Notes: generated by a model from the letters alone, not told the origin. DNA of 64,000 nt from Acidobacteriota bacterium (GCA_040752915.1 JBFMHB010000002.1:13967-77966); one strand, 5' to 3'; counted from the first letter of the stretch, positions 27,400-36,608 are shown. Numbers and translations: made by a program.

Positions 27400-29748
27400 T
27401 TACAGGTTTCGACTCTCCAGTAACAGCCGAGAGGCACTTCGAACGTACTTGTTTTCCGACCGGGCCAAACGGGAAAGCGCCTGACCGTCCAGGGTCTCGA
27501 GGAGAGCTTCCGCCCAGGCGAGGACGTCCACTTCCGCATACTGACGCCGGATAGTCTCCGCTCCAGAAACCGCCTTGCCCTGGAAGGCCTCCATTTTCCC
27601 AGGTCTACGCCCCCACAGAGTGCGGTCCAGAAAAACACGATCCTCGGGGCCCGAGACACGCAGAGTCAGGACCTGCACCCAGGCGCGTGCCCGGGGGGGA
27701 GGGTAGGGCGTGGCCCCATCCCTGGAATACCTAACGTCCTGCCAGCGGCTTCTGTAGGAGAGATCCAATCGTCCCAGGACCTCCTCCAAGAGTGGATCGG
27801 CCAACATGCGCTGGAGGGGTACGAGCCTCGACACCGACTCGCCTTCTTTTCGGAGTTCCAGGATTCTCCTTGCCGCATCGTCGGGAGAGACCGGTCCCGA
27901 GGGATCGCCCATCCACTTTCGGAGGAGGCCCGTATCCTCGATTCGGGAGAGTGCGGCGGCCCGAACGGCGGGGTCGCCATCAGTCCTGGCGGTGTCCTCA
28001 AGGACCTCCGGGTCCGAGCATTCAAGCACACCTTCCATGCGTCGTTCCGGATCAGCCTGCCGGTGCAGCCACCCTCTCAGTCCGCCGATCTCGTCCAACC
28101 GCCTGATGGCCGCGACACGAACATCCACATCCGGGTCCATCGAGGCGATCCGGCCCAGCCGATCCAGGTTCCTGATCCGGTCGGCCGCTGCCCGCCGCAC
28201 GACCCAGTCCGCGTCAGATTCTGAGACCCGGCCGATGACCTTCTCGTCGTTGATTCTCCGCAAGGCCGCCAGCCGGACGTGCGGGCTGGCATCCTGGAAC
28301 AGTACCAGCGCAAGAGATTCCTCCGAAACCAGCCGGCTCGCAGCAATGGCGCGCACATTCGGAGACGGATCGGTGGAGGCGGCCGTCCGAAAGAGACTCT
28401 GGTCATCCGAGACTTGGAGGAGGGCGGCGGAACGGACCTCCGGGGACGGGTCGTTGCGAGCGGCCGTTGCGAGGACCGCCTCTTCCCGGATGCGCCGGAT
28501 GGCAGAAGCCCTTACCCGGGGGCTGGCATCTCTCCGAAAAACCTCCACGAGGGACTTGGCGTCGGAGATTCGTGAGACGGCCCGCGCCCGGACCTCCGGT
28601 TCGGAGTCCGAGTAGGCGATTTCCAGGAGAAGCTCCGGCAGATCCAACTGCCCCACGGCCGCTGCCCGAACCCTTCCGTCCGCGTCGGATCGGGCCAAAT
28701 GGGCCCGTGTCTCCTGAGAACGAAGGCCCTCCGCCGCCGCTGCTCGAACCAGGGGATCTTCGTCCGCGACGGCCACGGAACTGAGGAAAACCTGGTCGTC
28801 AATCCGGCGGACGGCTTCCCTTCGAACGACGGCGCTCGCATCCTTCCGGACCAGGACCTTCAGAACCTCCTCCGTCGGAAGCAGCTCCACGGCCTGACGT
28901 CGAGTCTCCGGATCGGGGTGGTCCGCGACCACGTGATCCAAGGCGCCCAATTCTCGAAGCCGCCGAAGAGCGAGGGCCTTCGTCTCCCGATCTTGGCTGC
29001 GGTCCAGGAGCACCTTGAGGTGGTCGGGGTTTGACAACCTGGCGATTGCGAGCATTTTGGGCCGTGATTCGACTTCTTGGAGGACGGCGAGGCGGAGAAA
29101 GGAAGGATTTGAAAGGCCTTTGACGGCCGCCTGTCGAACCTCCACCTCAGGATCCGAGACCGCCGCGTGAAAGCGCGCCTCCTCCGAAAGGAGCCTTTCC
29201 ACGGCGTTTCGGCGAACCACCCAATCGGGATCTCCAAGGGCCGTCTGTTCCAAAAGGGCCTGATCCTGGACCCGGTCAATCGCTTCCGCCCTGAGGAACC
29301 AATCGCCCTCCCGAAGAATGTCCTCCAGAAAGACCGGATCGTGGAGGCGCCGAATGGCTTCCATCCTCGCCCCTTTGCTCGATGCGCATCGGGCCACCCG
29401 CCAGAGATCTTCCTGATCCTTGAGTTGCAAGACGGCGGCTACAGCCTCCATTTCGTCCTGGCTTTGAACGGCAACCGACAAGAGGCCCGAGGGGGAGCCC
29501 TCGGGGATCACCTCTCCCCCGAGGCCATTGGCGTTCGATCCGACCACGGGCGGCATCACCTTCTCGCAAGGTTCAGAAGCCTGAGAGGCCGCTGTCCACC
29601 CAAGCATCAGTCCTGTGCCCCATAGGACCATCAGGGGTAACGTGGAGAACACGATCCCGATCCTCCCACCCCACTGAGCACCCCGGTTCACCATGCCTCC
29701 GCCCGCCTTCCCCAACACCCGCCCCCCTCCCTCTGGGCGACCTCCCAC
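27400..29748 (-). CDS. HEAT-repeat protein (about 14 tandem PBS-lyase-type HEAT-like repeats) with an N-terminal signal peptide or TM segment. It is embedded in the protease array 22 bp upstream of gene E. The start is ambiguous: 29748 or 29694.
   Basis: Recurring ~31 aa units: DPDWVVRRNAVERL, DPEVEVRQAAVKGL, EPEVRARAVSRI, SPRVRASAIRRI, DVDVRVAAIRRL and others. N-terminal hydrophobic stretch FSTLPLMVLWGTGLMLGWTAASQA. Confidence 0.7.
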   Translation of the reverse strand: MGGRPEGGGRVLGKAGGGMVNRGAQWGGRIGIVFSTLPLMVLWGTGLMLGWTAASQASEPCEKVMPPVVGSNANGLGGEVIPEGSPSGLLSVAVQSQDEMEAVAAVLQLKDQEDLWRVARCASSKGARMEAIRRLHDPVFLEDILREGDWFLRAEAIDRVQDQALLEQTALGDPDWVVRRNAVERLLSEEARFHAAVSDPEVEVRQAAVKGLSNPSFLRLAVLQEVESRPKMLAIARLSNPDHLKVLLDRSQDRETKALALRRLRELGALDHVVADHPDPETRRQAVELLPTEEVLKVLVRKDASAVVRREAVRRIDDQVFLSSVAVADEDPLVRAAAAEGLRSQETRAHLARSDADGRVRAAAVGQLDLPELLLEIAYSDSEPEVRARAVSRISDAKSLVEVFRRDASPRVRASAIRRIREEAVLATAARNDPSPEVRSAALLQVSDDQSLFRTAASTDPSPNVRAIAASRLVSEESLALVLFQDASPHVRLAALRRINDEKVIGRVSESDADWVVRRAAADRIRNLDRLGRIASMDPDVDVRVAAIRRLDEIGGLRGWLHRQADPERRMEGVLECSDPEVLEDTARTDGDPAVRAAALSRIEDTGLLRKWMGDPSGPVSPDDAARRILELRKEGESVSRLVPLQRMLADPLLEEVLGRLDLSYRSRWQDVRYSRDGATPYPPPRARAWVQVLTLRVSGPEDRVFLDRTLWGRRPGKMEAFQGKAVSGAETIRRQYAEVDVLAWAEALLETLDGQALSRLARSENKYVRSASRLLLESRNL

Positions 29749-29923
29749 GCGCCTGGCCGCCGGCGGCTCGAGCAGATTGCAGCAATCCGCGTCAAAAGCT
29801 TTATTCTAGCAGCCCCCAAGGTATGGGGCTTCGCTCTCCGACTCCTCGTCGCCTCTCTTGGCGAGATCAAACAGGTGGGGCGGGCCGGAGCCCGCCCCGT
29901 TTGAATCCGATGCCGGGCTTCTC

Positions 29924-32900
29924 CTACTTGTCGCAGTACGCATCTGCCGTGCGGGCCGTGCCGGAGGAGTTGTTCCCCAGGCTCCCCTCCGTTCCGAAGC
30001 CGTTGTCCGCCGTCACCAGGAAGTACAGCACCTGCGTGCTTCCCGTGATCCCGCTTTCCAGATCCACCAGGGACATCCTCAGCATTCCCGGCTCCGCGTC
30101 CGGCGTCCATCCCGCCCACGCGCAGTCCCGCTTTCCGTACTGCGGGTCCGCCACCTGGAACGCCGACGTGTTGGGGCTGTTGGACACGTAGACCTGATAA
30201 TGGCTCGCCGTCACGTCCTCGAAGACGATGTCCGTCGCGCTCCCGTTCTTGTACGCCTTCAGCGGGTGGTCCGCGCTTCCCGACACCTCCCCCGCCATGC
30301 AGGGCGAAATCGTCACCGCGTGGCCCCCCGACGTGCCCGCACACCCCGAGGCGTTCGTGTAAGACACGGTGTAGGTGCCCGACGCGGTGGCCGTATGCGT
30401 CGCGCTGTCCGTGCCCACGGGGCTCCCGTTCAGGTACCACTGGTACCCCGTCATCCCCGATTCGGTGCTGAGATTCACGGTCGAAGCCGGGCAGGTGTTG
30501 GACGAAGCTCCTGAAATGGCCGGCGCGGGCGTGGCGTCCTCGTCCGAAGCCGCGGACCCGCCCGTCTCGGCCTCCATCCCGCACGCGTTCTTGTACCGCA
30601 CGCTGTAGGTGTAGCTCACGCCCGGCAAAGCCGTCGCGTCCGTCACCGACGTCGTCCCGTAGGCCACCTCCGCCTGAAGGACGCTCCCGTCCCGTAGCAC
30701 GTCGTAGGTCCTCGTCCCCGACACGTCGCCCCACGACCCCGGGTCCGCCGGCCAGCTCACCGCAATGCCGTCGTTCGCGCAGGCGCTCGCGTCCACGGCC
30801 GTCACGCTCCCCACCGACGAAGGCGCCGCGCACGACGTGCACGTGCCAACGGTTGTAACGCTCACTTCCACGTCGTCGATAAACCACCCGAGGGATGCCG
30901 TATTGCAGTCGACTATTACGCAGAAGGCGATCCAGACGGTTTTTCCGGCCGCCCCCCCGACATTGCCAGAAATGGCGTTGCAAGCAGCATCCAAGTCCAG
31001 GACCGTATTGACCAGCGTGCTTTGTGTGTCTGTCCAAACAGGCAGTCCAGCCGCATAATCAGGAGGACAGCCGTTCGTTCGAATTGTGTTGGTATAGGTG
31101 TTCTGCAAGATGGCGGCGGAGGGAACCAATGTGTAATTCGAAGCGTCTGTTGAAACGGCCAGCAGTGCTCCGTCATACCGATTCTCAAAGCTCCAGCGAT
31201 GCCAGAAACTCATCCTGGCGGACGTTCCATCCGCGGGCACAGCAATCCCAGAAGCGCCGTTTGGCTGTGCAAAGGTGAAGTGTGAAACCACAGTCGTCAA
31301 GCCCGTGCAGGTGGAGGCTCCGTACCGGAATACGTGAGTCCCACTGCTCGAAGGCGAGCAGGACTGTATCCCACGCCAATCGGTCAACGTTCCGGTACCG
31401 CTAAAATACCCTGTTGTCCAGTCGCTCAGCCCCGAGCCGGATTCAAAATCGTTGAAATACAAGATCGAAGTACTCGCCGTTCCCGGCGCGGCGCCGCGCT
31501 CGGTCGCGTTCGCGTCCTCCAGCCCGTTGACCGTCTCCACCGCCCGCACCACGTAGTAGTACGTCGTCCCGCTCTGGACGCTCGCATCCGTCCACGTCGT
31601 ACCCGTCAAGCCGCTCTCGATCTGGTTCGACGGCCCCGGCGTGAAGCCGCTCGCCGTGTCCCGGTACACGTTGTAGGTCACGCCCCCTCCGCACGAGGAG
31701 GCCGCCGCGCTCCAGGCCAATTGCAGGGAGCACGTGGCCCCCGACACCGCCGTCACGGAAGTCAAACCCGAAAAGGTCGGCGGATTGATGCACGGCGCAG
31801 CGGGCGTCGTGGCCTCCGCGCAGGCGCTGTAGGCCGACTCGCAGACCCCGGACACCGCCGTCACCACGTAGGCGTACGTCGTGCTCCCGCCCGCCGTTCC
31901 GTCGCTGTAGGTGGTGGCGGCCACGGGCCCGCCCGTCGTCAGCTTCGTGTAGGCCCCCTGGGGGCACGTTCCCGTGGCTCGGTACACGTGGTACGCGCTC
32001 GCCCCGCCCACGGGGCCCCAGCTCAGGTCCACGTTGTTGTAGGCCGTAGCCGTGGCCGAGAGCCCCCCCGGCGCCCCCGGCGTCCCGTTCGCGTCCGTCC
32101 CCGCCGTCGCGTTCGACCAGGGCCCCGTGCAGGAGGCGCTCCGTCCCCGCGCCGCATACGTGTGCGAGGCCGTATCCCCCGGCGAGTACACGTAGGGACT
32201 CGTCACGCCCGAGAGCGTCGTCGTCCCGTCCACCAGCAGGTCGTACGCCGTCGCCCCCGCCACCGCGTGCCAGGTGACCTGCACTCCGCTCAGCGCGCAT
32301 GCGCTCACGTCCCCCACCAGCGGCGCCGCCGGCGCCAGGAGGCCGTTCACGTCCGTCCCCGCCGTCGCGCCGGACCACGCTCCCGTGCAGGAAACCGTCC
32401 GGGCCCGCACCGCATAGGTGTGCGAATTGGAGTTCCCCGGCTCGTAGAAATACGGGCTCGTCACACCCGAAATCGTCGTGGCCCCGTCGATCAGGAGATC
32501 GTAGGCCGTCGCTCCCGAGACCGGGCCCCAGGACACGTTCACTCCCGTCAAGGCGCAGGCGTCCGCGTCCGTCACCGCGGGCGCCGAGGGCGTCCCCGGC
32601 GTCCCATTCGCATCCGCGTAGCTTTGGGCGCCGGAATCCGTCGTGCACGTCTCCACCACCGCCTGGACCACGTAGCTGTGGGAGGACGTGTCCCCGGGGT
32701 TGTACAGCGCGCCGGAGGCATACCCCGCCACCGCCACCGACCCGTCTCGCAGCAGGTTGTGGCTCGTGGCTCCGGAACCCGCCGTGTACGACACCCGGAT
32801 CCCGCTCTGCGCGCACCCCGACTCGTCGGCGAATCCCGTGATCTCCGGCGCGCCGGGCGGCGTGCATGAAGTGCCGGTGGTGCACGTGCCGTATCCCGTA

Positions 32901-35900
32901 ATCAAGACATCGTCGATGGCGGCCTCGATCAGACCGCCGACGACGGTCCCGTCGGCCGCGCGCACCCGGATCCGCATGGTCGAAGTCAAGCCGACGTAGT
33001 TCTCCAGTTGGAACGTGACGTTCGTCCATGTGTTGTGGCCGGTTACCGAATCCGGCAACGATTCGAGCTGGACCCACGTGGACCCTCCGTTGTTGGACAC
33101 CTCAAGATAGTAGTAGTCACCCGAATCGTCGTTGGTGTATTCGTTGAGAAACCACCGCCACAGCGAGAGCGTCGCCGAGGCATATCCGGAGGCGTCGAAA
33201 ATGGGCGATGTTGCGATGACCTCCCCGCCGTCCACGTCGTCCGTCCCCGCGGCCCCCGCCGGGTTCGCCGCCGTGTACAGGGAGTTCACGCCGGGGGAGG
33301 CGGTGTGGTCGTCCTCCGGCTGAGATGGCTCACCCAGGTTCCCGGTCGTTCCGACGGGATCTCCGATCACGAAATCACCCGTCGTGGCGGCGGGGGAGCC
33401 CTTCGCGAAGGTCCATCCGAGATTGCCCCCCTCAAAGGTGTCCGAGAAGAGCGTCGCGGAGCCGCCCGTGGGCGTCCCCGACCTCTCCACGAGGTTCCCG
33501 TCCTCGAGGCCGTTCGCCGAATCGTAGGCACGAACGACGTAGTAGTAAGTCGTTCCGTTCGAGAGCCCGACGGAGTCGGTGTAGGAGGTCCCGGTCCACC
33601 CCGCGTAGAGGCGGTTGGAGAAATTCGGGGTGAAGCCGCTCGTCTCCGACCTGTATACGTTGTACGTGACACCCCCCCCGCAGTTCGAGGACCCGGCGGA
33701 CCAGGAGAGTTGCAGGGTACACGTGGCGCCCTGGGAGTTCGTCACGGAAGTGACACCCCCGAAGGCGGGAGGAAGGGTGCATACCCCCGTGGCGGTGGCT
33801 TGGGCGCAGGCGGATTGGAGGGACTCGCATCCGCCCGTCGAATCGACGGCGGAGACCTTGTAGGAGTAGGTCGTGCCCCCGCTCACCGTGGAGTCCGTGT
33901 ACGGGGAGGACGTGAGGCCCGAGGCGATGACGGAGAAGGCCCCCGGCGCGGCGCACGTCCCCACGGCGCGATACACCCTGTAGGTGGCGCCCGCCGGGGT
34001 TCCGGCGCTCCAGGGGATGGTCAACTGGTTGTCGCCCGGAACCGAGACGGTGCCGATGGTCGGCGTCCCCGGGGTGGTGCAGGGAGCGGGCGTAACGGTC
34101 ACGCAGTTGCTCATCGGGCTCACGCAGGCATCGCTGGAGCCGATCGCCTGCACGCGGTAGTAGTAAGTCACACCGTTGGCGAGGGGCGTGTCGGTGAAGG
34201 AGGTGGACGGGGCCATCACGGTGCCGACCTTGGTGTAGCCCGCGTCGCACCCGGTCTCGTTGCGGTAAACGTAGTACTTCGCGGCGTTGGCGACCGTCCC
34301 CCACGAGAGGGAAGCCTGCGTATTGCCGGCCGCCCCCGAGAGAACGGGCGCCACCAACGCGGGGCAGCAGTTGGCCTGGTCCGTATTGACCACCGTCGTG
34401 CAAGCGATCTTGTGGCGGTTGAAGGCGTTGAAGATGGCGCTGGCGTGGGGTGTGCCGTTGCTGAGATCTCCGTCGCAATCGTCCACCACCCGGAAGGTCG
34501 TGAAGTAGTTGCTGGTGGCGCAGCCGTTGGAAGTGGTCAGGGACGGGCAAGCGTAGGCCGAACCGGACGTGGACCGGCTGGCGTACCAGAGGCGGTCCAT
34601 CAGCTGCCATGCCGTGGCCGCATCGAGCCCCCACGCCGTCAGGTCCCGCACGGGGAGATCCCACATCGCCTGCGAGGAGATCAGGGACTCGCAGTGGCCT
34701 TCGTAACCGCAGGGCCCGTCGTAGGAGGGGTTCGTGTCGCAATTGAAGCCGCTGGAATTGTCCAGAAAGGTCGGATCGTACGGCGTGTTGGAGGCGTGCT
34801 TGGCGTAATCGATCTCGCGGATGCCGGAGCAGCTCAGGCAGCAGTCGCCGTACCCGGAGCAGTTGTATCCGACGGTGGTCGTTCCGCACCCCCGGTTCAT
34901 CGTGTAGAAGAACCCGCCGCCGGCGCAGGATCCGTGAGTCTGGAGAACCCCCGAAAAGTCGCCGTAGGTTTCCCCGGTGCCGTTGTCCCCTGCCGGCGAG
35001 CCATCGTTGGAGTCCAGCCCGTGGGCCCATTCGTGGAGAGACACGCCGGGCAGTTCGCCGGTGTTCCAGCAACCTCCGCCGGACCGGAAGAAGTTGATGG
35101 ACGTTCCATCCCAATAGGCGTTGCATGTATCCGAAATGTTGACGTGGTCGGTGATCCTTCCTTGGAGCCACGTATTTCCGGGGAGGTACGTGAAGGCTTT
35201 GATCTTGATCATGGATACGTTGTAATACTGCGTCCGGGAGGCCCTCGTGTTTCCCGCCCCGCCTCCGGGGCTGCTGCAGTCGGTCGCGGCGCTGGTTCCA
35301 AAGTTGATGAGCCCCGAAGCGTCCGAGGCGAGCGAGATGGACCCACAATCGTCCACGATGTCCACGCCGCCCACGTTGCCCGCGCTTCCCGTCCTTCCCG
35401 TCATGGTGCTCGTTCCGCTCGTCCCGGGAAAACTGCCGACGATGTCGGCCCAGGCGGACCCGCTGTAGTCCGCGTAAGGGAACGGCACGATGACTTCGGT
35501 GGCGGGCTGGTCGGTCTTGTACACGCCGCCCTGGATGCTCCCGTAGCGGTTCGCGTCCACGAATTCGAGAAGTTCCCCGTTGTGGGCGTCTACCCTGGCC
35601 TGCCACGTGCCCATCACGCCGGGCCGACGGAAGCTCATTTCATAGACAAGGCGGTATCGGAGGCCCTGTCCCCCCTGGACCAAGACCCGCGAGAGAGTCT
35701 CCGGCGCGGAGACGGGGACGATCAAGAGCCGCCCGGGCTCCAGGACTTGATCTTGCGGCGAAGGCCCGCCGATGAACCCGTACAGGATCTGCCAGGCGGT
35801 CTCGGCGGTGATGGCCGGAAGGGGGTCCAGCCCCCGGATGGCCTCGGGGTTCACGAACTCCTGCCCCACCTGCACCAAGTTCCCGTGATTCAGACGGAAG

Positions 35901-36490
35901 ATGAGGTGGGCCTGATCGACGGGGATGCCGTGGTAGGTCCACTGGAAATTCAAGAAATAGAGGTAGTCGAGGACAGGGCCGGAGCCTTCCGTCACCAATG
36001 CCAGATCGTCGGGCTTCACCCCGAAGAGGTCCGGATAGGCCGCGAGGAACTCCAGAGCGCGACCCGCCACCACTTCCACCGGAACATCCCGCCCTTCCAT
36101 GAACGCCGGCAGCCCCAGGTCATCCCCCTGCAGGGTGTTGGCCGTGCCCGGGATCCATGGAATTCCCCGGCCCTCCAAATGCGCGGGCCGTCCCGTTACC
36201 CGGTCAAAAAGCATGATCCAGCGGCCGCCGCGGTCGGTGAAGAAGCGGTCCCAGTCCCCCAGGACCGGAGCGAGCGCTTCGATTTCCGCCCGGGATGCCC
36301 CGGCCCGGTATTCGTCCACGGAAACCGTCTGGGAGGTGACCCATGTTTCCGGTTTCGCGAAGGACAGGGAATCCAGGAGGTCCTTGTCCTCCTTCACCAC
36401 CTGCGCCGCCACGGCCAGGGGCAGGAGTGTCGCCATGCCGAGACCCAGAAGAAACCGCACGCCCCGCCGCGCCACCCAGCATCCGACCAT
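29924..36490 (-). CDS. Giant secreted HExxH zinc metalloprotease 'F' (2188 aa), a paralogue of C. It has a propeptide-like N-terminus, a Cys-rich catalytic domain (HEWAH), more than 8 Fn3 repeats, two MAM-like domains, and a shared C-terminal domain ending YCDK.
   Basis: GVSLHEWAHGLDSNDG aligns with the catalytic region of C. Signal peptide MVGCWVARRGVRFLLGLGMATLLPLAVAAQ. Repeated ~95 aa Fn3-like modules (...TYRVYRA..., ...YNVYRSE...). Confidence 0.75.
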   Translation of the reverse strand: MVGCWVARRGVRFLLGLGMATLLPLAVAAQVVKEDKDLLDSLSFAKPETWVTSQTVSVDEYRAGASRAEIEALAPVLGDWDRFFTDRGGRWIMLFDRVTGRPAHLEGRGIPWIPGTANTLQGDDLGLPAFMEGRDVPVEVVAGRALEFLAAYPDLFGVKPDDLALVTEGSGPVLDYLYFLNFQWTYHGIPVDQAHLIFRLNHGNLVQVGQEFVNPEAIRGLDPLPAITAETAWQILYGFIGGPSPQDQVLEPGRLLIVPVSAPETLSRVLVQGGQGLRYRLVYEMSFRRPGVMGTWQARVDAHNGELLEFVDANRYGSIQGGVYKTDQPATEVIVPFPYADYSGSAWADIVGSFPGTSGTSTMTGRTGSAGNVGGVDIVDDCGSISLASDASGLINFGTSAATDCSSPGGGAGNTRASRTQYYNVSMIKIKAFTYLPGNTWLQGRITDHVNISDTCNAYWDGTSINFFRSGGGCWNTGELPGVSLHEWAHGLDSNDGSPAGDNGTGETYGDFSGVLQTHGSCAGGGFFYTMNRGCGTTTVGYNCSGYGDCCLSCSGIREIDYAKHASNTPYDPTFLDNSSGFNCDTNPSYDGPCGYEGHCESLISSQAMWDLPVRDLTAWGLDAATAWQLMDRLWYASRSTSGSAYACPSLTTSNGCATSNYFTTFRVVDDCDGDLSNGTPHASAIFNAFNRHKIACTTVVNTDQANCCPALVAPVLSGAAGNTQASLSWGTVANAAKYYVYRNETGCDAGYTKVGTVMAPSTSFTDTPLANGVTYYYRVQAIGSSDACVSPMSNCVTVTPAPCTTPGTPTIGTVSVPGDNQLTIPWSAGTPAGATYRVYRAVGTCAAPGAFSVIASGLTSSPYTDSTVSGGTTYSYKVSAVDSTGGCESLQSACAQATATGVCTLPPAFGGVTSVTNSQGATCTLQLSWSAGSSNCGGGVTYNVYRSETSGFTPNFSNRLYAGWTGTSYTDSVGLSNGTTYYYVVRAYDSANGLEDGNLVERSGTPTGGSATLFSDTFEGGNLGWTFAKGSPAATTGDFVIGDPVGTTGNLGEPSQPEDDHTASPGVNSLYTAANPAGAAGTDDVDGGEVIATSPIFDASGYASATLSLWRWFLNEYTNDDSGDYYYLEVSNNGGSTWVQLESLPDSVTGHNTWTNVTFQLENYVGLTSTMRIRVRAADGTVVGGLIEAAIDDVLITGYGTCTTGTSCTPPGAPEITGFADESGCAQSGIRVSYTAGSGATSHNLLRDGSVAVAGYASGALYNPGDTSSHSYVVQAVVETCTTDSGAQSYADANGTPGTPSAPAVTDADACALTGVNVSWGPVSGATAYDLLIDGATTISGVTSPYFYEPGNSNSHTYAVRARTVSCTGAWSGATAGTDVNGLLAPAAPLVGDVSACALSGVQVTWHAVAGATAYDLLVDGTTTLSGVTSPYVYSPGDTASHTYAARGRSASCTGPWSNATAGTDANGTPGAPGGLSATATAYNNVDLSWGPVGGASAYHVYRATGTCPQGAYTKLTTGGPVAATTYSDGTAGGSTTYAYVVTAVSGVCESAYSACAEATTPAAPCINPPTFSGLTSVTAVSGATCSLQLAWSAAASSCGGGVTYNVYRDTASGFTPGPSNQIESGLTGTTWTDASVQSGTTYYYVVRAVETVNGLEDANATERGAAPGTASTSILYFNDFESGSGLSDWTTGYFSGTGTLTDWRGIQSCSPSSSGTHVFRYGASTCTGLTTVVSHFTFAQPNGASGIAVPADGTSARMSFWHRWSFENRYDGALLAVSTDASNYTLVPSAAILQNTYTNTIRTNGCPPDYAAGLPVWTDTQSTLVNTVLDLDAACNAISGNVGGAAGKTVWIAFCVIVDCNTASLGWFIDDVEVSVTTVGTCTSCAAPSSVGSVTAVDASACANDGIAVSWPADPGSWGDVSGTRTYDVLRDGSVLQAEVAYGTTSVTDATALPGVSYTYSVRYKNACGMEAETGGSAASDEDATPAPAISGASSNTCPASTVNLSTESGMTGYQWYLNGSPVGTDSATHTATASGTYTVSYTNASGCAGTSGGHAVTISPCMAGEVSGSADHPLKAYKNGSATDIVFEDVTASHYQVYVSNSPNTSAFQVADPQYGKRDCAWAGWTPDAEPGMLRMSLVDLESGITGSTQVLYFLVTADNGFGTEGSLGNNSSGTARTADAYCDK

Positions 36491-36608
36491 TCGATCCTCC
36501 TGCGCCTGAAGAAAACCCCGACCGGCCGCTCACACCGACCGTCGAACTAGATACTACGTACACATCACCGTGCTAACTCCCACCCCCGCAGGAGGTAATT
36601 CATGGAAG

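Noticed and set aside
20560-30210. The D and F C-terminal tails as evidence of a nucleotide-level duplicate like the one between B and C.
   Set aside because: D and F tails are clearly homologous at the protein level (…AYHYQLYVSS…VLYFLVTADNGTGAEGSLG… against …ASHYQVYVSN…VLYFLVTADNGFGTEGSLG…), but the nucleotide sequences are diverged. This is an old paralogy and not a recent conversion.
33008-36550. 1180 aa plus-strand ORF antisense to gene F, and similar antisense or shadow ORFs at 31334-32869, 31443-33077, 33432-35606 and 36809-39661.
   Set aside because: These are compositionally biased shadow frames of the real minus-strand genes, with no recognisable domains and extreme Arg/Gly content.
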